This document shows positions 58,918 through 64,000 of a stretch of 64,000 nucleotides of DNA, in pieces. The stretch is taken from contig DASRAU010000015.1 of assembly GCA_035638075.1 (NCBI GenBank), forward strand, positions 19,609 to 83,608, given 5' to 3'. The notes beneath the pieces are model-generated. The model did no database searches, was not told where the DNA came from, and was given only the letters and a program-made list of their open reading frames with translations. A program made the position numbers and the translations under genes. How positions within the stretch are numbered: position 1 is the stretch's first letter; every line of letters begins with the position of its first letter. The DNA comes from Verrucomicrobiia bacterium. Lineage in GTDB: Bacteria; Acidobacteriota; Polarisedimenticolia; Gp22-AA2.

Positions 58918-59888
58918 TCCTGTCCAGGAGGATGACGTCGATGGTGCGTTCAGGGATCCCGGCCCTCGTGGTCGGAGTGCTGCTCCTTCTGCTGACCTCG
59001 GCCTCGTGCAGCCGTCCCGCCGGCGCCCCGAGGTTCGACCACGCCCAGGCCGAGACGGAAATCCAGGGGCTGGAACGCGCCTGGGCCGAGGTCGCGGTGT
59101 CCGGCAACCCGTCGGTCATCGAGCGGATCTTCGCCGACGATTTCCTCGGCGTCAGCCCCGACGGGGCGCAGTACACGAAGCAGCAGTTCATCGACGACAC
59201 GAAGGCGCATCCGCTCGGCTTCACCTCGAACGAGGTGAACGAGATGAAGGTGCGCTTCGAAGGGAACGTCGCCATCGCCCAGGGGCACGAGACGTTCACG
59301 CGCAAGGACGGGGTGAAGGGGCGGTTCGTCTGGACCGACGTCCTGGCGCTGCGGAACGGGCAGTGGCAGATCGTCGCGGCCCAGGACGCGATGGCGCCGG
59401 CGACGGATCAGCCGGCCGCGGCGGCGCTGTTCGGTGACAAGTCGCCGGCGGGCGGGACGCCGGTGGCTGCGGCCGACGTCAAGGCCGGGATCGACAAGAC
59501 GCGCAACGCTTATGTCGATGCGTGGAAGACGGCCGACGTGGACCGGATCGCCGGCCTCTACGCGGAGAACGCCGTCGTGATGTACCCGAACCAGCCGGCG
59601 GTCGAGGGACGGGCGGCCATCGTCGCCTACTTCAAGGGGTTCTTCGCCGAGTTCCCGAAGAACGAGTTCCAGCTCACGTCGTCCGAGATCGAGGTGGTCG
59701 GTCCGTGGGCGTTCGACCGCGGGGCCTACCGCTGGAAGGGATTCCCGAAGGCCGGCGGCGAGCCGCTCGAGGACACCGGGAAGTATCTCGTCGTCCTGCA
59801 GCGGCAGCCGGACGGCTCATGGCAGGTCGCGCGCGACTCGGACAACAGCGACCGTCCGCTGGCGCAGAGCGCGCGCGGGACGAAATAG
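58914..59888 (+). CDS. lipoprotein with two SnoaL-like/NTF2-like (DUF4440-type) domains
   Basis: Lipobox LLTSASC. Two repeats of the ...AW..ADVDRIAGLYAEN...GQWQIVA... pattern typical of the NTF2-like fold. Confidence 0.6.
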   Translation: MILSRRMTSMVRSGIPALVVGVLLLLLTSASCSRPAGAPRFDHAQAETEIQGLERAWAEVAVSGNPSVIERIFADDFLGVSPDGAQYTKQQFIDDTKAHPLGFTSNEVNEMKVRFEGNVAIAQGHETFTRKDGVKGRFVWTDVLALRNGQWQIVAAQDAMAPATDQPAAAALFGDKSPAGGTPVAAADVKAGIDKTRNAYVDAWKTADVDRIAGLYAENAVVMYPNQPAVEGRAAIVAYFKGFFAEFPKNEFQLTSSEIEVVGPWAFDRGAYRWKGFPKAGGEPLEDTGKYLVVLQRQPDGSWQVARDSDNSDRPLAQSARGTK

Positions 59889-59932
59889 GAAGAAACCGAT
59901 GGCACGCGGACACGCCTCAGAGAGGTGACACG

Positions 59933-60199
59933 ATGGAAGGAAACGGATACTGCCAGTCCTGCGGCATGCCGCTGAAGCGCGACGCGCAAGGCGGCGGCAC
60001 CAACGCCGACGGCTCGAGGAGCACGCTGTACTGCAGCCACTGCTGGGTCGGCGGCAAGTTCACCATGCCCGACCTCACCGCGGAGCAGATGCAGATCCGC
60101 GTCAAGGAGAAGCTGAAGGAGTACGGCTTCCCAGGTTTTCTCGCCGGCATGTTCACGAGCAAGATCCCGAAGCTCAAACGCTGGAGTGGAGAGCCGTAG
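59933..60199 (+). CDS. putative zinc-ribbon domain protein
   Basis: 88 aa. YCQSCGMPL...DGSRSTLYCSHC gives a CxxC-N20-CxxC arrangement. Coordinates taken from the ORF table (my manual count differs by 1 nt). Confidence 0.55.
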   Translation: MEGNGYCQSCGMPLKRDAQGGGTNADGSRSTLYCSHCWVGGKFTMPDLTAEQMQIRVKEKLKEYGFPGFLAGMFTSKIPKLKRWSGEP

Positions 60200-60239
60200 A
60201 GCGGAGTCCCAAGCCTCGGCCTCATGAAGGTTCGCAGTC

Positions 60240-61397
60240 GTGGATCGCAGTGTCCTGTGCATCGACGTGCCCGCGTTTCCGGTGGCGGTGGCGCGGGTGG
60301 TCGAGCCGGGGCTGCGCGGGCGGCCGGTGGTCGTGGCGCCGGAGGGATCGGCGCGGGCTTTGGTCGTGGCCGCGTCGGACGAGGCGCTGCGCGAAGGGGT
60401 GCGGCCGGGGATGCCGGTCGGGGCGGCGGCGCGGCGCTGTCCGGGGCTCGTCCTGCGCGCGCCGGACGAGGCGCTCTACCGCCGCGCCGCGGCGGCGGTG
60501 TACGGGCTGCTCGGCGGCTACACGCCGCTGGTCGAGCCGTCGGCCCTCGGACGCGCCTACCTTGATCTGACCGGCACCGGGCGGCTGTTCGGCTATGCGC
60601 CGGACGCCGCCGCCCGCATCCGCCGCGAGATCGCCGACCGGCTGCGCCTCAAGGCGACGGTGGGCGTCGCCGTCAACAAGCTGGTCAGCCGCGTCGCGGC
60701 GCGCGTCATCCGCCCCGACGGCCTGTACGACGTCTTCCCCGGCTCCGAAGCGGTCTTCCTCGCGCCCCTCCCGGTGCTGCTGCTGCCGGGGGCGGCGGCG
60801 GTGTCGAAGGAGGTCCGCTTCGCGGATCTCGGCATCGCGCGCGTCGGCGATCTCGTCGCGTTGACGCCGGCGCAGGCGCGGCTCGCCTTCGGGCAGCGCG
60901 GCGAAGGACTGCGGCGCCAGGCGCAGGGGCTGGACGAAACGCCGGTGCAGCCGCCGTCGCTGCAGCCGGCGCTGGTCGAGGACGAAACCCTCGCCGAGCC
61001 GACGAACGCCGCCGCCGATCTCGAGCGGATCCTCTTCGCCCTGTGCGAGCGGGTCGGGGAGCGCCTGCGGCGCGCCCGCACGGCGGCGTGCCGGCTGCGT
61101 GTGTCGCTGCGGCACGCCGACGACGTCGTCGCCGAGGACGAGACGGCGCTGCGGTCGCCGGCGGCGGCCGACCTCGTGCTCTTTCTCGCCGCGGTGCGCC
61201 TCTTCGATCGGGCGCGCGCCCGGCGTGTCACCGTGCGCTGGATCGAAGTGCGCTGCCTCGATCTCGTGCGCGGCGAGCGCCAGATGGGACTCTTCGGCCC
61301 CGCCGCCCGCGCCGAGCCGTTGTCGGAGGCGATGGATCGGCTGCGCGGCCGCTTCGGAAAGAAGGCGGTCATCTGGGGACGGCGGTGGGGCGGGTGA
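60240..61397 (+). CDS. imuB: ImuB-like Y-family DNA polymerase homolog (predicted catalytically inactive)
   Basis: 385 aa. Y-family N-terminus VLCIDVPAFPVAVA in place of DMDAFFA, so the second catalytic Asp is missing. Immediately followed by dnaE2, with an overlapping GTGA. Confidence 0.8.
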   Translation: MDRSVLCIDVPAFPVAVARVVEPGLRGRPVVVAPEGSARALVVAASDEALREGVRPGMPVGAAARRCPGLVLRAPDEALYRRAAAAVYGLLGGYTPLVEPSALGRAYLDLTGTGRLFGYAPDAAARIRREIADRLRLKATVGVAVNKLVSRVAARVIRPDGLYDVFPGSEAVFLAPLPVLLLPGAAAVSKEVRFADLGIARVGDLVALTPAQARLAFGQRGEGLRRQAQGLDETPVQPPSLQPALVEDETLAEPTNAAADLERILFALCERVGERLRRARTAACRLRVSLRHADDVVAEDETALRSPAAADLVLFLAAVRLFDRARARRVTVRWIEVRCLDLVRGERQMGLFGPAARAEPLSEAMDRLRGRFGKKAVIWGRRWGG

Positions 61398-64000
61398 GCG
61401 CCCGGTTCACGCACTTGCAGGTGCACTCGCACTACAGCCTGATGCGCGGCGTGCCGGGGCTCGAGGCGCTGTGCGTGGCGGCGGCCGGCCGCGGCTTCGA
61501 CGCGCTGGCGCTGACCGACACCGACGGACTCTATGGGGCGGTCCGCTTCTTCGAGGTGGCGAAGAGCGCCGGGTTGCGGCCGATCCTCGGCGCCGAGGTC
61601 ACGACGCCGCTCGCGAGCGCTGCGCCTGGCACCGGCAAGGCGGCGCCGCCGCATCCGAACGGGCCGCGGGCGACGCTTTTGGTCCGCGACGACGAGAGCT
61701 ACGCCAACCTCTGCCGCATCCTGACGCGGCGGCACCTCGACCCGCGCTTCGAGGTCGGCCCGGCGCTGGCGGCGCTCGGGAAGGGGCTCGTCGTCCTGTC
61801 GGGCTCCCTTCCTTTATTAAGGGGACTCCGGGAGGCGCGCGGGCCGCGCGACCTGTTCCTGGCGCTCGGGCCGGTGGGCGCGTCGGCGACCGGGGCGCGG
61901 CGCGGGGGCGTGCTCAAGGCCATCGCCGATGCGCGCCGGCTCGGCATCGAGCCGGTGGCGGTCAACGACGTGCACTTCCTCGACCCCGGCGACTACGAGC
62001 GGCATCTGCTGCTGCGCGCCATCGACGGGAACACCACGCTCGATCGCGTGCCCCCGGACGACCTCGTTCCGCCGTCCGCCTGGTTCAAGCCGGCGGACGA
62101 AATGGAGCGGCTGGTGCCGCACTGCCCGGAGTCGCTCGAGACGGCGGCCCGCATCGCGGACGAATGCGCCCTCGTCACGCCCCCCTGGGGGAAGCGCTTC
62201 ATCCATCCGCGCTTCGCCGATCTCGACGGCGACGTCCCGGCCGACTCGTACGCGCTGCTCGTGGCGCGCTGCGACGAGGGAGCGCGCCGCCGCTACGGCT
62301 CCATCCCGAAGGCGGTGCGCGCCCGGCTCGACTACGAGCTGGCGATCGTGCGCGACAAGGGGTACGCCGACTATTTCCTCGTCGTGCAGGAGATCGTCAG
62401 GCGCTCGCCGCGCACGTGCGGGCGCGGGTCGGCGGCCGCCTCCATCATTTCCTATTGCCTCGGCATCACGCACGTCGAGCCGATCCGGCACGACCTGTAC
62501 TTCGAGCGCTTCTTGAACCGCGGGCGGGTCGACCCGCCCGACATCGACGTCGATTTCTGCTGGGACGAGCGCGACGACGTCATCGACTGGGTCTTCAAGG
62601 CGTTCGGGGCCGACAAGGTCGCGATGATCACCAACCACGTCACCTTCCGCGCCCGCGCCGCGGTACGCGAGATCGCCAAGGTGCACGGCCTGCCGGACGG
62701 CGAGATCAAGCGGGTCACCGACCGGCTGGCGCACGACTGGAGCCACGAGAGTGCCCTCGAGGCCGCAACGCACCATCCGCTCTTCGGCGGCGACGACATG
62801 CAGGCGAAAAGCGGCGGGCTCCTCGGCCGGCCGCCGTGGCCGGCCATCCTGCAGGCCGCCGCCGCGATCGACGGCGCGCCGCGGCACCTGTCGGTCCACT
62901 GCGGCGGAGTCGTCATCGCACCCGAAGGCGTCGATGCGTACGTCCCGGTCGAGATGTCCACCAAGGGCGTGCGCGTCATCCAGTGGGAGAAGGACCAGGC
63001 GGAAGACGCCGGGCTCGTGAAGATCGACCTGCTCGGCAACCGGTCCCTCTCGGTCATCCGCGACGCCTGCGCGACGCTGGCCGCGGACGGCGGGCCGGTC
63101 ATTCCCTACGACGAGTTCGATCCGATCGACGACGCCAGGACGCAGGCGATCCTGCGCGACGGCGACACCATGGGGGTGTTCTACGTCGAGTCGCCGTCGA
63201 TGCGGCAGCTGCAGCAGAAAACCCGGCGCGGCGACTTCGAGCACCTGGTCATCCACTCGTCGATCATCCGGCCGGCGGCGAACGGCTACATCCGCGAGTA
63301 CGTGCGCCGGCTGCGCGGCGGCGCGTTCGAGCCGCTGCATCCCATCCTGGGCGAGGTGATGCGCGACACCTACGGCATCATGGTCTACCAGGAGGACGTC
63401 GCCCGCGTCGCCATCCGCATGGCCGGCTTCACCGACGCCGAGGCGGACGGGCTGCGCAAGGTCATCTCGAAGAAGTGGGCCGAGAAGCAGGTGGCCGACT
63501 TCCGCCGCCGCTTCACCGAAGGAGCGGTCGCGCGCGGCATCGACCCCGGCATCGTCGAGCAGGTCTGGCGGATGATCCTGTCGTTCTCCGGCTACTCGTT
63601 CTGCAAGCCGCACTCGGCGTCGTACGCGCTGGTGTCGTTCAAGTCGGCGTGGCTCAAGGCGCACCACCCGGCCGAGTTCATGGCCGCGGTGCTGAAGAAC
63701 GAGGGCGGCTACTACTCGCCGTTCGCCTACGTGTCCGAGTGCCGCCGGATGGGCATCGAAGTCCGTCCGCCCGACGTCAACGCCAGCGGCAAGTCATGGA
63801 CCGGCCGCAGCGGCTGGATCCGCATCGGGCTGGGCCAGATCGCCGGCCTGAAGGAGAAGGCGGTCGACGCGCTCCTCACCGAGCGGGAGAAGCGCGGGCC
63901 GTTCACCGGCTTCGACGAGCTCCTGCGCCGCCTCCCGCTCGACCCGGCCGATCTGAGGCGCCTGGTACGGGCGGGCGCCGTCGATCCGCTGGCGGGCGTC
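61397..64000 (+). CDS. dnaE2: error-prone DNA polymerase DnaE2/ImuC (N-terminal ~868 aa; continues beyond window)
   Basis: Not in the ORF track because it runs off the window. Translation from the GTG at 61397 gives VSARFTHLQVHSHYSLMRGV (PHP domain), then GYADYFLVVQEIV and a polymerase core (FDLEHLVIHSSIIRPAANG) typical of the DnaE2 class. Confidence 0.85.

Noticed and set aside
57325-60239. Search for imuA (RecA-fold or SulA-like, ~200-250 aa) between lexA and imuB
   Set aside because: None of the six ORFs has a Walker-A or RecA-like core. They match HicB, DUF3224, cupin, VOC, SnoaL and zinc-ribbon patterns instead, so imuA is judged absent from this locus.
60225-60262. Direct repeat TCGCAGT-N6-TCGCAGT at the imuB start
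   Set aside because: It spans the GTG start and the first codons (DRSV). It is short and most likely coincidental.
61801-61830. AT-rich near-palindrome CCTTTATTAAGG inside dnaE2
   Set aside because: It is in-frame coding sequence (LPLLRGL) within a conserved polymerase region. It is not a perfect palindrome and has no supporting context for a site.

Overview
This is a 64 kb, ~70% GC bacterial chromosomal segment that is densely coded. The ORF track contains many long, spurious antisense ORFs (Arg/Ala/Pro-rich), so calls rest on recognisable motifs rather than ORF length.

Most of the window is housekeeping:
- LPS core: lpxK (partial) and kdtA.
- nadA, recA, a tRNA-Phe, mutS and smc.
- Pyrimidine biosynthesis: pyrR-pyrB-pyrC, pyrK-pyrD and pyrF.
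- Two ABC systems in tandem: a MacAB/DevCA-like efflux pump with an HlyD adaptor, and an amino-acid importer with a fused substrate-binding/permease protein.
- Envelope genes: MltD-like lytic transglycosylase, LolA, DedA, rhomboid protease, TPR and FG-GAP proteins.
- c-di-GMP signalling (two HD-GYP proteins and YajQ).
- Two sulfatase-family genes flanking a GT39/ArnT-like glycosyltransferase.

Three things stand out:
1. A translationally coupled operon runs from a canonical lexA through six small genes (HicB-like, DUF3224, cupin, VOC/glyoxalase, tandem SnoaL-like, zinc ribbon) into imuB-dnaE2, with no imuA.
2. A second LexA-like protein has lost both the Ala-Gly cleavage site and the catalytic Ser (GDAL instead of GDSM), so it should not autocleave. 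It is co-operonic with an unknown 130-aa protein.
3. A ribbon-helix-helix regulator gene overlaps the nadA start, sits behind a conspicuous AT-rich TATATA direct repeat, and is flanked on both sides by HD-GYP genes.

Smaller observations:
- a PyrR-type leader attenuator
- a GN/HG hexanucleotide repeat inserted in SMC
- an orphan STAS-RsbW-STAS partner-switching module
- a noncanonical CTAGR sulfatase motif

No CRISPR array, transposase or integrase was seen. Taxonomic origin is uncertain; the gene content suggests an Acidobacteria-like or other high-GC soil lineage. All coordinates come from the ORF table and manual counting, and gene starts carry some uncertainty.
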